DNA from: Raillietiella orientalis
Lineage: Eukaryota
NCBI GenBank assembly: GCA_036172245.1
Contig: JAYWIR010000004.1
Coordinates: 3,596,001-3,660,000 of the forward strand
DNA: 64,000 bases
Direction: 5' to 3'
This document shows positions 11,838 to 24,260 of this stretch, in pieces. Positions within the stretch are counted from its first letter, which is position 1; every line of letters starts with the position of its first letter. A program made the translations under genes and the position numbers. The notes beneath the pieces were generated by a model. The model was not told where the DNA came from. It worked only from the letters and a program-made list of their open reading frames with translations, and made no database searches.

Positions 11838-12657
11838 CGGCGATACTCAATCTACGGCCCGCAGGCTCCATGCGGCTCGCCAAGCTTCTTCGTGCGGCCC
11901 ACACCATTCGCAGCCATTCAGTATTTTTTTTTAAAGAGAAATTGAAAATGATGAATGGTGGTGTATCGTAGCCCTCGAGTGTGGCATTACCAAAAAACTT
12001 AATCATCTCAATCGCGGTTTCCAGAGCGAGATTAGCATTTTTTAATAGATGGCCAATAAAATATTTGCTTTTGAAGAGAAACGAAGCATTTCTAACGAGG
12101 AAATACAAAATCAAGCAATGCACATTTTTTTCCAGCCTTGATAAAAGCTTTACGAGATGGTATAGAGATTTCTTCAGAAAGCTACAAGATCATGTCGAAT
12201 TATTTGGATGCCTTATCCGAGGAATTTAAAAGAAGATTTCAGGACTTCAGAAATGTTAAGAATTGTTTGTTACTAGTAGAAATTCCCTGGAACTTAAAAA
12301 CAGCAACTATCACACAATTAGCTGTATTTGCAAATGATTATGCAATGCTATTTGACGAATCCATCGAATTCAAAAATGATTCGAATCTAGAAGCTATTTT
12401 TGAAGAAATGAAAGAGGGAAAAGAGTACTCAGAATTTTGGAAATCAGTGCCTGACAAATACAAGACTGCACAAAAATGTGCTCTTATGATCCTTACGTTG
12501 TTTGGATCAACTTATCTTATTCTTATTCAAAAATGAAATATGCAAAAAAATATAAAGGAAGCGGCTTACTGATGACGTATTAAGAATAGCATGTGGTAAT
12601 TATAAATCTGATTTATCTAAAATAGTCAAAAAGTCTCAACATCAAATATTACACTAG
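11838..12657 (+). mobile_element. Internally deleted hAT DNA transposon (Charlie/Buster/SPIN/GTF2IRD2-like): left end plus C-terminal transposase pseudogene
   Basis: Left-end-like CGGCGATACTCAATCTACGGCCCGCAGG with repeated CGGCCC/CGGCTC subterminal motifs. Transposase remnant from ~11999: LNHLNRGFQ..KIFAFEEK, then EEFKRRFQDF...EFWKSVPDKY...LFGSTYL (ORF 12138-12536), then frameshifted SKMKYAK / LTDDVLRIACGNYKSDLSKIVKKSQHQILH*. No right TIR seen. Confidence 0.88.
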
Positions 12658-13099
12658 TTTTCAAATACTGTTCGTCAAGAGCACCATTTTCATCCGTTTC
12701 AAGGAAGCTGTTTAGAAAGCATTCCATGTCCTCGAGAATCAAAGCAAAAGAAAAGGAGAATTTCCTTCATTCTCTCTGAACCGTCTCATCTAGTCTAATC
12801 GGAAGGGCAAGCAAGCTGAATGAACACAAGAGAGCTACATGGACGACATTGCTAGATGTCGAGAAAGGGTCTCAGAACACAGGAGGTGTTGGTGGTGGGG
12901 TCTGCATACGCGCATAGCAACTGTCATTCTTCGGTGCTTCACCGAGGTCCCGTTGTTATGGGCCTTCTGCTTGGTGATCTCACATCAGCGAGAGTGGACA
13001 TTGAAAAACAACAACCGTATTGCCGTTCACAACTCGGAAGCCGTGCCGAAAAGAACCTATCTGTTGAGCTTGATCGTTGTTGGGTCAAGGATGGCTTCT

Positions 13100-14360
13100 G
13101 GACGAGTGCTTAAGTGTAAGGGGCGTTCCTTGTTGTGGTGAGGACTTTTTCGGGTGAACTCCCCTCCACAATTCGAAACTCTCAGTCTTCCTGTCGACAC
13201 CGGGAATTTTCATTCTGGGTCCACGCCTGCTTGCATGACTTCCATCATTGGTGGATTCAAAAGTTGTTCTTCTGGAAAAGTTTTCAACTAGAAATAATCG
13301 CGGCTCAGTCGCCTTCCTCGCCTACGATACTGCCCGTGCGCAAGGCTGGGCAGTATCTGGTTAGTTGACTGTATAGGTGTGTGCTTGATCGCTTGAAAGG
13401 TCCGCTAACCAGTGCATCCAACAGATTCCAATAGATGTTCCGGCTATGTTGTATGTTGGACACCATTATTATTCGAAGAGATTTCCGGGAAATTCCAAAG
13501 ACATGGTGCGGATATCCGCAGCTTTGTGGGAGAGACGAGTGCCATCAGATATAGGAGTAAGGTGAACGTTTACGGATGAAGAATCTCGGATCTTTGTCGG
13601 TGATGTCACTTTCAATGACACCACGAGGAAAAAGTTCGTAATCTTCACTTCAGTCGGGATTTCCTGATAGGAAATCACAGGGACCAGAAGAAAGCTACGT
13701 CTTGTACTACTGGTCTGCATACAAGCTCGAGTCACTTTCTCAATTCGTCAGAAGTGCATCGGATTTTCAGATTGCGGATTTGCCCGTTCGATCCGGTCCG
13801 ATATCCTCCCGATCACAAGGATTGCATATCGCAAACGAGATGGTAGCTGTGAAAGATCTCAGTTTTGGGATAGGACTCTGTTTCGTTCATTGAATCATTG
13901 CTTGTGGCACTCTTGCATTCCACACACGACGTCCTACTTCACCGACTAAAGGTGGCAGTCAAGGGACAGTCGAAATTGGTTTTCTGCAATCAGACTTCCA
14001 TCTCCGTTCTGATTTAATTCTGAGAAAAGGGAAACGAATGGTCACCCTGGTCGTTTCCTGTCCCTTTGAGAGCCTCCCTGACGTGTTCAGAAGTGCTCCA
14101 AGAAGAAAGGATACTAAATACAAAGACCTTGCAACCTTCCTGTCGATGAAGAGTTGACCGTCACACGTCTTCACATTTGGCTCTCTAGGATCCCGGGATC
14201 TCTAAAATCAAAAGGTAATGCGAGAACCGGAGATCCAGCCTCTATGCTTCGACGAAATGAGGCTCCTTATAGTTGTCCCTAATATCCGATATCTATTGGA
14301 CCCATGGATTGAGGTATCTTCTCTATGAGCCTTGTGAATCGACGGATATTGTATCGAAAG
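13100..14360 (-). mobile_element. Decayed Penelope-like element (RT plus GIY-YIG endonuclease remnant)
   Basis: Collinear residual motifs: SFDTISVD (~SFDVTSLY), AGSPVLA (~MGSPLSPVLA), FPFLRI..CRKP (~LPFLDV..YRKP), LTPISD..ADIRTM (linker LPYISD), ESVGCTG (~YIG.TG), KIPGVDRKTE (GIY-YIG C-terminal part). Confidence 0.42.
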
Positions 14361-15749
14361 AATGGAACCAATCGATACAGAAATGGACAGAGGATTTTCG
14401 AAAATGGTTGCATAACCTCATACGGACAGAACAAAAATGGACACTAGATGGTGACGACTGTGAAGAATCTCCCCCCTCTGTTCTCTGAAGTCCCTCGGTT
14501 CGCTCAATAAAGAGCTGGTTGTTGGCGTACTCTCCTGAAGTTTCCATCTCCTTCAGGACATCGTCGTCCTGGGAAACCAGCATCTCAATGAACCGACGAT
14601 TAAGACGAGAACGGAAGCTCGGGTTCCTGAGAGTGAAAGAGAGAGTCCAGTGTTCCAATCCTTTCCTACCTTTTGCACACGTACACTCCTGAACAAGCAT
14701 GTGGATAGCAAGGAACCGCGTTTTGGTTCCCTCTGTTGTTGATGAGTTCAGCACATGGAAGGTACCACACGTTGCTGTGATTGCTACACCGACTCGCACG
14801 ATTTCTGTGATGGAATGGCTTCGCGTTTGGAGAAGAGGCAAACATTGCAGCGCAAAATTGCACGCCCGCTTTCGAGAGTCATCTCTGTGACTCCCCACAA
14901 TGCCTACTGCCTGTGAAAGGAAATGACGACCATTGGCCTCGATGCCATTCCAGAGTGGGTTCGGTTGGAGATGCTTGGCGGACGATCGCGAAAAATGCTT
15001 TCCTCTTGAGGTTCGTGTGGCGCTGGAGTTGCGTGTAAATAGATGTTATTATCTTAGTTAATACCGGATACGTCCGTCTCTCAGCGAAGCGAGGGTCGGA
15101 ACCTTCCCATTTTCCATGATGACATCCTTGGCGCAAGATCTCTGAGCTGCGCTTGTCGTGGGAGCAGGAGTCTGTTCAGACAATGGTCGCAGTTACAAGA
15201 ACAGACCTTCACAGATGTTACTGCGTTCAAGCTGCCACAATACGATGCAGTCGTGTTCGGGACGATCAACTGCCGGACTCCTGGAACCAGAACCGACTTT
15301 CGCTTCTGAAAAAACGAAGGAGAAGAAGAAGGAAATCTCCAAAATGTGAGCCACTGTGAGGAGTCCGTACTTAATCTCCTCACTGTAAACCCACAAGGCT
15401 GCAAACACTTTGCCTGCATGGAAAAGTGAACCCACAAGGGTTCACCTTTCTAAACAGGAAAGGGGGACTGTGGCTGTGCAATGTTTGCACACATGTGGCT
15501 TCATTGTGACACGAGTATCGTAAGAGAAAGCTCCTGATGTGCTCTTTCTAATGCGTACCTGCCGTGACACGCGCACATACCCAGAACGTGTAGTGTGACA
15601 AGTAAGAGCTGAAGCTTTGCGGATGAGCTCTTCTTGACCGTGCCTAGTAAACTCCTTGATCCTCCTTGAATTTACATGCTGTGTTTCAGTCTTCCTCATT
15701 GTGTGCATCCAGGAAGTTCACACAGAGACATGGTTCTTCTTATGCGTTC

Positions 15750-18700
15750 CCATTTCAGGCGAGTTTTCCGGTTGTCCTAGCATCGCTAGGATACGACGCA
15801 TTACCTAGGCAACTTAGTTTTCGTGCGAGACAGCAACGGCGGAGTTCCGGGATCAGTTTGGAATTTTCGGGAATAAGACTGAACGAATTCCGAGAAATCT
15901 CCAGAAAAACCATGCGTTTCGTGCCAAATATTGCGCAAAACGTGCTGTGCACCTTTGATGTTTTCTGTCTTTCTGTTGATCGGTCGTGGAAGGTTCGCGA
16001 ATACAAGAGCTTTCTGGTCACGTCTCAAGCCAATACGCTTCTTGCGTCCACTTCGGTACGCAATGTCTTCGTTCAAATGATGAAACTTGCATGCAAATCA
16101 GCAGTGTAAATGATCATAGCTCCAGAAACCCGTCAAGTTTTGTTCCTGTTGTGTTCCTTCTTCATCGTCCAGTAGAGACGGGACGAACGTCTTATTCAGC
16201 CTTATTCTAGTTACAAGGCATGCCAAAGAAGAGAAGGGAGCGGCAAGCTTGTATAAGACGTCTCTGTCTCCCGTTTCTTTGTCAGGAGGCAAGATCGTCA
16301 CCTAAGCAGTGAAGGAGATACTTAGATACAGAAGATATGGTGTCTCGGCTTCGGCCTGCATGAGGCAAAGAAGATTCGAATCAGAAACCACGCAGTCACG
16401 TTATTGCCACATTATCCACGTGCTTGCTGTTTCAGAATCACCTGTGGCTTTTCGAAAAGGAGAGCAAATACCACGATGCTTCTCTCCAGCTGTATTCGGA
16501 AAGAACCGGAAAGTGGGCGCGCTTCGTTGTCATAGGATAACAGGATCATGGGAGCTAGGACTACGAGTAGGCTGTTGGAGACCTGGAAAGACCCTCGATC
16601 ATACGCGGTCTGCACGAGACAGCTTCTCCTTTCGTCTAGCAACATACTTAATCGAGCTACATGCTGGACCCATCGACTCAAACGTGCTTAAATGGCTAGA
16701 AGATCAGCCTTCCAATCAATCGAGAAAAGCAAGCAGCAGCCGCGTTGACCCTGGAGGTGGGTGAAGGCGTCACCCAAGCAGCACAACCTCCAACACTGCA
16801 TCGTGATGCTACGGCCTGCGAAACGCAGCCTGGATCTTCGAGGTGAAGTGCCACACTCCATAAAGAATTCCAGTCCGATGCTGTCGGGTGTTGGGAGGGG
16901 CGATTTCCTCCGAGTTGCGACCACGGGATTCGACACCTAACCTGGGGAACCACGGGATTTGATTCCCGAAGACGAGCTCTTGCCTCCCGAACTCTCCGAA
17001 TGGGACCGTTCCCACCCGTGTGCCTGGATGCGAGGAAGGCGTGTTCGCACTTCGACACCAGAGGATTCAATAAGACATCTTCACGTTTTTCTTGAGATCA
17101 AGATACTGATCGTCAGATTGCCGAATCGGACTGAACCGTAGGGATCCGGTAGGCAATCTCCCTTTTTTGCTCATTCCTCGTTTGTAACACTGAACTTACA
17201 ACAAAGAAGGTACGCAGAACGGATGAGACTGCTCTTTGAGTGATTCTTTCTCTCCCGACTTGCGGAGTTTCATGAGTTCTTATTCTGCAACAACCGCATG
17301 AGCGTCTTTAGCGTGGTATTGCTCTTCAGCTCGATCGGAGGTTCGCCATCACGGAACACTTTGCTAAGGCATAGAAGCTCTTTCTGATGCGTTTCTGCCC
17401 GCCTTCAAGGAAGGGTTTGTCCAAATGTTGCTGCGCCACGAGTTCAGGGAAAATTCCAACAGAAGAACTTGCTATTCCTCTGGAACCTCCTCTTTCTCTT
17501 GGCTTTTGGCCTCATGCTCGGTTCGGGCCGACTTTTGTCCGGATCTCCTCTGGGTCTCTTTTCCGCTCTCGGAGTTGTGCTGCTCTTCCTTTGGGGATGC
17601 AGGCTCCTCTCTGCCTAAGTCACTTGCAGAGTTCCTCCTTTCGTTTGCAGATTGCCTCCTGTGGACAAGGGAGTCGGATCGTACAGTGGAGATCAGCAAG
17701 AGTTCCAATTACGAGATTTGCAATGCGTCTCGTACGTCTCATACATCCTCCTTGAAACTGCTTCCGTGGAGAACCTAGTGAGCCTAGTGAGGCACCAGTG
17801 CATACGTGCTAAGGGAAGACAATCTGATCTCGGTCGGTTATCCTCAGGAACCAGTGCCTCAGAAATTCCAATTTGCTAGCAGGTCGAGCTAAGAAGTCGA
17901 AAAACAGAGCATCTCTTGGAGACTTTGCCTTCGCCTTCGGTACGTGCAAACAGGCTTGAGGTACAGTTGAGGCGCCTCCTCTTCCAGCCGATGATTTTCA
18001 CGGAGATGCATGACTTGTTACCTAAGCGCAGGTCGAGCACAGTCCGATAGCCGGTAGAGCAATCGCCTCGACCAATGTTAGTCGGGCGTGGTCGAGAAAA
18101 TCTCCACCACTGTCTCCTCTGTAGATTCGCATGCAGGCCGGTGTTGCACTCTCGTATCTCACTGCGCCGCTGGCATCTGTCGGGAGGTCCTCCTCGCAGG
18201 CAGGTGTCCTCGGAAGGATGCGCAGCCAGTACCGGTGCCTGGAAGCAATTCCGGTTCACGAAAGCAAAGCTTCGTGCCTCGGACTGCTGGACCGCGAATG
18301 CTGTTCGGAGTTGCGAGTGGTCCATCGGGGAGGATCTCACGGTGGTCGGCCAGGCGAAGAATCGTGTGGCGAGCTCGAAAGCCGTGCGCTGCTTCGTCCT
18401 CTCGGACGCACGCGGTGGCTCAATACGAAAGGCAAGAAGATCTCCCGTCAGGTGCGTCTCGTTGCTTGGGAGAATGGGGACGCTGTTTGCGTGGATTCGT
18501 TCTTCCCGCGTTGGAGACAGCACACACGGAATGAGATTTCGAGCTTGTAGCTGCAGCGGAAGTGATTGAGCAACCGACTGTCAACCAGTACTGTATGCTG
18601 AGGGGAAAATCATCTGCGACCAGACTCTCTGAAGAAAAATGTAGCCGGTGTTGCTTCCTAACTGATGAGATGTTTCAGGTCTTTTGTCCTGTAGGTTCAG
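15750..18700 (-). mobile_element. Near full-length, heavily decayed RTE-clade LINE ORF (APE endonuclease + RT + C-terminus)
   Basis: Minus-strand motifs in canonical order: GSNTGYIF (~18640), RIYRGDSGGDFLDH (~18110), ISTVRSDSLVHRRQ, KKGDCLPDPY (~17160), SKCEHAFLASRHTG..IRRVREARARLRESNP (ORF 16696-17070; ~EQ.GFR..RST.D.IF..RQ..EK.RE.N.P), DWNSLWSV, VLYKLAAPFSSLACLVTRI, KRMVFLEISRNSFSLIPE (~RLRW.GH..R...RIPK). Confidence 0.65.
17953..18579 (-). repeat. 627-bp inverted duplication, copy 2 (inside the RTE remnant)
   Basis: Reverse complement is identical to 700-1326. Confidence 0.95.
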
Positions 18701-21700
18701 CAGTTTTCAGGTTTGCAAAAGCTGGATCAGTCCAAAAACTTCATTCATTCAAGTACTCGCTCGGCTTTTTTTTTTGATATTCGATTAAGAATAGGGGGTA
18801 GACTTGCTTCACTAGGAAAAAAAAAAAGAATTAACCTCTCAGTACTCACCGGGGTCGTCCAATGTCTATTCTGTTTCTTCTCCCGTTCTCGTTTGAAGCT
18901 ATCTTCGGTGAAGATTCATCTGGCAGTGTCCTCGTCTGAATCGATTTCAGTGCTCTTTTCGGAGTGCGTTTTTTCTTGTTTCAGATTTTGCCTTTAGCTC
19001 GGTCCGTAAGATGTGGAATCTCTGGACCATTTCTTCCTCTATCCTCTATCTTCTTTACCTCTTTCTTTGCTCTATCCTTGACGCAGATGAAGTATTCGAA
19101 TTTAGAAATCGGCTTTAGACTGAGATTTGGAATTGTATGGGTACTGGGAGTAGACAAGCCCAAGAAAGAATTGTCGTACAGCAGCTAAGGAACAGATTTT
19201 TAGAATGACCGTCCTGACGCACGGATCAACTTGGCAATATGGGATCGGTCTCACGAGTAATCACTCATTTATGATGAAATTATACAGTTTGGAGAGACCT
19301 CAGCGTGTCGTTCCATTTCGCAGGTGCAGGAAACTGCGTACTCGGTGGAGTTTTTTTTAAATGAAATTCACTCAGTCCGCCTTGTTTTCATTTGGTCACG
19401 GTTAAGAAGTGAGACGGGACCAGTAAAAGGAGTTGCACTGCTTCTTGCTTACGAAGCTGGAGCATGATTTCAGCTTTTCGTCAAGCAACCGATCTCCTGA
19501 AATAGTTCCCGAAAAGAGGCTTTTAAGAACGCTGAGAATTCAAAACAGGAACTTCGACAGAAAAATGGTTGGCGGTGGAGATAAGAAAGAAGGGGGAAAA
19601 GTACTCCGGTGTTTTGAAATCAACCTCAAAGAAGTTGTTTACTGACAGATGAAGCTCCTGTGATCTGAAAATGAGTTTTCCAGATCATTTTTCAGTACAT
19701 GCACCAATATACCCGTTTCATTGAGCATTCTAAATCTTTATCACTTTACATGGTGATCATGATGCAACATCTATTGGTACTTTGGCATTAGGATTTCAGA
19801 CTTTGTGTGGGTTCACCACATTGCAGATGCAACAGGACTGCAAACAGTGCCAAGGTAAAATATCTAATTTTCTTCAGCATAAGAGCGTTGCATATGTCCC
19901 ACACAAATGTGGCAGCGAGACAATGCCAGATGATGAATTTCAAACAGTACATAAGCCATGAGCTATTTATGGTTGGTAATTTTTTATACGAGCCTGATGT
20001 GGATTTTATTGGCTGCTTTATTTACATTGAAGGTTACACTATTTCAGCCCCGTAGATCCAGTGCTAGAGAACGCGCGCGAGACAGAGAATCAAGAAGTAT
20101 GCATTTGCAACGAAGGAAATGGATTTGCATTTTGAGAAAAATTATATGGTAGGATGCACGGTTCTCTTAGAGAGAACAGTTGCGTTGCCTCGTTGGTCTG
20201 GGCAGCCCCCGTTCGTTCAAGAAAATTGTCTTGTCATGAAAATTCAGCAGGAATTCGAAACATATTTGAGCAAGGCGAGCATTTGTTTCATGACCATGCA
20301 TTATAAATATTTACACCTACGTGCATGTTAAAAATATTTCCTGAACCCTTGCACTTTAAGAATTTTGTCTTGGAAGCGCACCGAAGCTTGGAGATTACAT
20401 AAAAGTGATCGCTTTTCTATAGGTTTTCTTTTCGAACGGGTGGGGGGGGGGGAAGAATGCCTCAACACGGATCAAAATTTCAGCGTGGTAGGATTAAGGG
20501 GACCTGCGGAGCACGGGACTAATGGTGTGTGAAGGATCAAATAGGAGGAGTACGCAGTTGAAAGAAACTTTGCCGGTGCCGAGAGCACTGGGAAGCTTTG
20601 GTATGATTCCGAGGAGCCAGGTAGCAGAAACAAGACCCCAGCCACGCAGATTCGTTGCAGTTAGCGAAGGAGCGTGATGGACACTGTTGAATGGACACGT
20701 AAACCGGCAGCTGGAAACTTTGGCGCGAATGATTAATCAGGCATGCCAAATCAGCACTGCACTTGCGGATTCTCTTGGAGCTTCGTATTCGAATCGCTTG
20801 AAATCCGAGGCATGTGACGCGGAAACCGTTACCATAGCTGCCGCTCGTCACTCAGTTTTTACGAACAGCAATTTTTCGTATCCGGCTTTGGAATTTTTTT
20901 GCGATTCAACAAATTACCAATTCACATTGCCAGATTTTAAACGAAATCTCGGAAAACAATAAAATTGCTTAGTTCTTCCCCCCCCCCCCCTTCTCCCCAC
21001 TTGAGGAAGCTAGACGATGAAAGAAGCGACAAGATGCCAGTGTATACTAGCAACTTTGAAGTTTGAATGTTTCCTTTTTCTTACCCTCCCCCCCTCCCCG
21101 TGTGTCGTGCTTTTCTTAGTTGTCATATGTCTCCTGGAGTGTTTTTTTTCATCTCCTACCCTTTAGTTAAAGTCTTGTGAATTTATTGAAGCGGACCAGT
21201 ACGCCGTGCGAAATTCCAGAAATATAGGATACCCTATTTCCGCATGGGATAAAATGTAGCAATCTGCAACTCGTAGATTCAAAGTTCTGAATGGAGGACT
21301 GAATGAAAATGAAAACCGGTTTTCGAGGAAGTGACTCAATATGTAATTCTGGTTCCCCCCCCCCCGAAAAGGATTTTTTCACGAAGGAAAAATGGGATTC
21401 CCTGGAAAAGTAGAATCAAGAAGAACTACAGGAACATTTGAGAGAATCGCAACATGCGTGCCAAGGAAACCCGTGCTGCTTGCCCACTCGAGATCATCGC
21501 TGTTACGCTGCGGTCTTGAGCTAACTGCGGCCGAGAACCCCCGGTTTTGCCTCGCGAGAGCATCTTCTGGGAGCCTGGCCAAGATGGATTCGGCAAGAGG
21601 CGTGTGCTCTGTTACTTTGATGACTTGCTGAGATGTGTGCGCACCCACGCCTCATCACCATCCGGATCAAGCTGGGAGCAGAGGCGGCTAGATGGAGCTG

Positions 21701-23449
21701 TCAGTCGGCATGCTTCGGTGGTCAGTTTACCCGAAGCGAAAAGGTCAATACAGCATTTTGTAATGAAGAGTCATTAAGCTGGTGGGTGGCATTTGGTGAT
21801 TTCGCAACGTTCAGTGGATGATTGCGGGGAGCAAAAATAGCATCCGCTTCCTCCAGGATATTTTTTTCTCTTTTTTCATTTTTGGGTGCGAGCGTGCTGG
21901 TCAGTCTCTGTCGATTTGTTCCTTCCCCTCAAAGGGAGGAAACGATTACGCTAATTTCGTCCTTTTTTTTTTTTTTTGATCAAGAGCTCGGTTAGGTGAA
22001 CAGAGGACTGCCCGCGTCTTCATTACCGATAATGGGCACGCGAGTCGTCTGCTCAGCTTCCACATCCGTCGCCGGCGAAAAGGAACGCCTTCGTAAATGC
22101 CGGAGAGAATGGGAAGGGCCCATTGTCGCGAAAATTCGCGCGAGCAACTCCCTTCCCGATTGCCCCGATCGGAATTTCGGGGCGATTGTACTCCGGCGCA
22201 CGTCGCAATGGAACCAGCGAGGGGAGCCGCCACCACCTCCTCCGCTCGAAACCTCGAATGCGGCCAAGTTGACGCCCAGCGACCGAGTCAGATTTCCGCC
22301 TCCCCCCCCCCTCCCCCCTCTGCCCTCCCTCCCCGTTCGCAAAGAGGTGCGTGCGTGCTGCTGTCTGCCGATCCGCCCCTTCCGAGTCGCCACCTCCTTC
22401 GTCGCCCGATCCGCGCGCGAGCGACAGCCAACACGCGCTTTTTGCATCCCGGAAACCAGCAGCTCCCGGAGAGAACCTGCGAAATCCACGGAATCCGGGA
22501 TGCCGGAATCATGCAGCACACCAGGAAAGGGAGTAGGGGAGAGGGGGGGGGGGCAGGTGGAGGCGAGACGGGAGGGGAGGAGGGATCCCTTCTTGCCCTT
22601 TCCACGCATTCCGCCGCGCAGGAATGCTCTGCTGCGTTCCTGCTTTCCGTCCGGTTCGCCAGCGTCGTGTCTCCCGAGCGATCCCGCTGCCGTTTCTTTT
22701 CGGTTGCATCCTAGAAAACAGGAAAAGAAAAAAAAGTCATCCTAAAAAGTCACTGGAAGGGGAGGGGGGGGGAGTGGCTGTCTGGAACAGCCCGATGATC
22801 CACAAGTGCACTTGGAGGTCTCTCGCCTGCGGCATGGCAAAAATCAATGGGCACTGCTTCGAGAGAAGACCCCGCTCCGAATGCCGTGAAGCCCCGCCCC
22901 ACTTCAGAGAGTCCACAACCTCCCATCCCCCTTCCTCCCACGGACAGGAGTTTTTCAGGTCCAGGGTCTTCAGGGTCCCAAGGTCTTCCTCCGAGCAAGT
23001 TTTCGGCACAGGGGTCCGATGAGAACTGCGTTTCTCTCTCCCTCTCTCCTTTTCAAGATGGTACGCTCGGGTCGGATCCAGAGCTCGAGGAGCGAAGCCG
23101 TTCCGGAAGATCAGGCAGCAGGCTCTGCTTCATCCTGTAGGCTGCGCACGGGTTGGGAGGAAACCAGCCTCATCCTTTCGGGGCTCCTTAGCTCTTTGCC
23201 GCCCCGCCCCGTGGCGCTGCGATGCCTGGGAGGAGGATTGCCGAAGGCGCTCACGCAAACCTCCGCGTGGCGTCAAGCAGAGGCGCGAGCGAGTCTGTCG
23301 CGTGTTGCGCCGAAGCTCCGGACGAACCCTGCCTTCGCCCGCGTCTCCGTCCGAGACTCGCAGAAGTCCCATCTTGCTCGCGAGTGAGAGGGAAGGGTCG
23401 AGCCCTTCGAGTGAAAGGAGTCAAAAAGAAAGAAGAAAAAAAAACAGGC

Positions 23450-24260
23450 GACGCGCGGGAGATCCACCAGGGTCACCAGGGGCGACGAAGCCAAAGAGCA
23501 GTTCAACGACTCCTTGGTTTTGCGAGGAGGTCGCTGGGTATGAAGTCGAGATCCTCGTGTTCCTGGGTGCGGATGCAACTTTCATCCCGGATTCGCATGC
23601 TGCGCTCTCTCGCAAGATCGAGGCGTCGGCGCAAGACGTCCATGCAGGCCGCTTCGGAAGCGGTGTGGCGACGGGACCCTTTGTTCCCTCTCTCCTGATG
23701 CTGCCCACTGCCTACGGAGTTCGTCACTGACCCTCGAACCTGCCGCCGCGCTCAGAGTGCGCATCGACTCCTTTAGCTGCGTGCTTCGGCCGCCGCGAGA
23801 AGGCCATCCGTGGTGTTTCGCGTAGGCTTTGCCTTTGCCGTTAGGGAAGGTCTAAGCATGGAGTCTGCGCGATGGCAATCGATGTCCGGAGAGACTCTTC
23901 CAGCACCCAGGGCGACCCATCGCTGTCCGGAGTCTGAGCCATAGAGCAGCTGCGCCAAGCATCAGGCAATATCGCAAGCAGTCTTGCGGGCATTGGCGGA
24001 TAAGGGATTGTCTGCTTCGCGGCAGCGTCCACCGCTGCCTGCACATGAACGACGAAAATCCGTGAGTTCCGGGTTGCAGGTGCACCTTCTGGTGACTTGG
24101 AATTGGTGCCTGTCAGGGCCTCAACTTTTGTGACTGGACGACATTCCTTCACGTCACGTCTGCCGGGCGCAAGACGTCTCATCTCCTGTCTGCGCGGACG
24201 TGCCATTCCGAGGAAGATTCATCTTTTGCCTCCAGGAACGGAGGATGAGACGAACAGAAG
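23450..24260 (-). mobile_element. Decayed RTE-like reverse-transcriptase remnant (GC-rich)
   Basis: GRRDVKECRPVTK (~KGD..C.NYRPI), THGFSS, QRWVALGAGRVSP (~IW.ALR..GVP) and PAWTSCADASILRES (~PWTLLYADDV.L..ES) in order. Confidence 0.5.
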
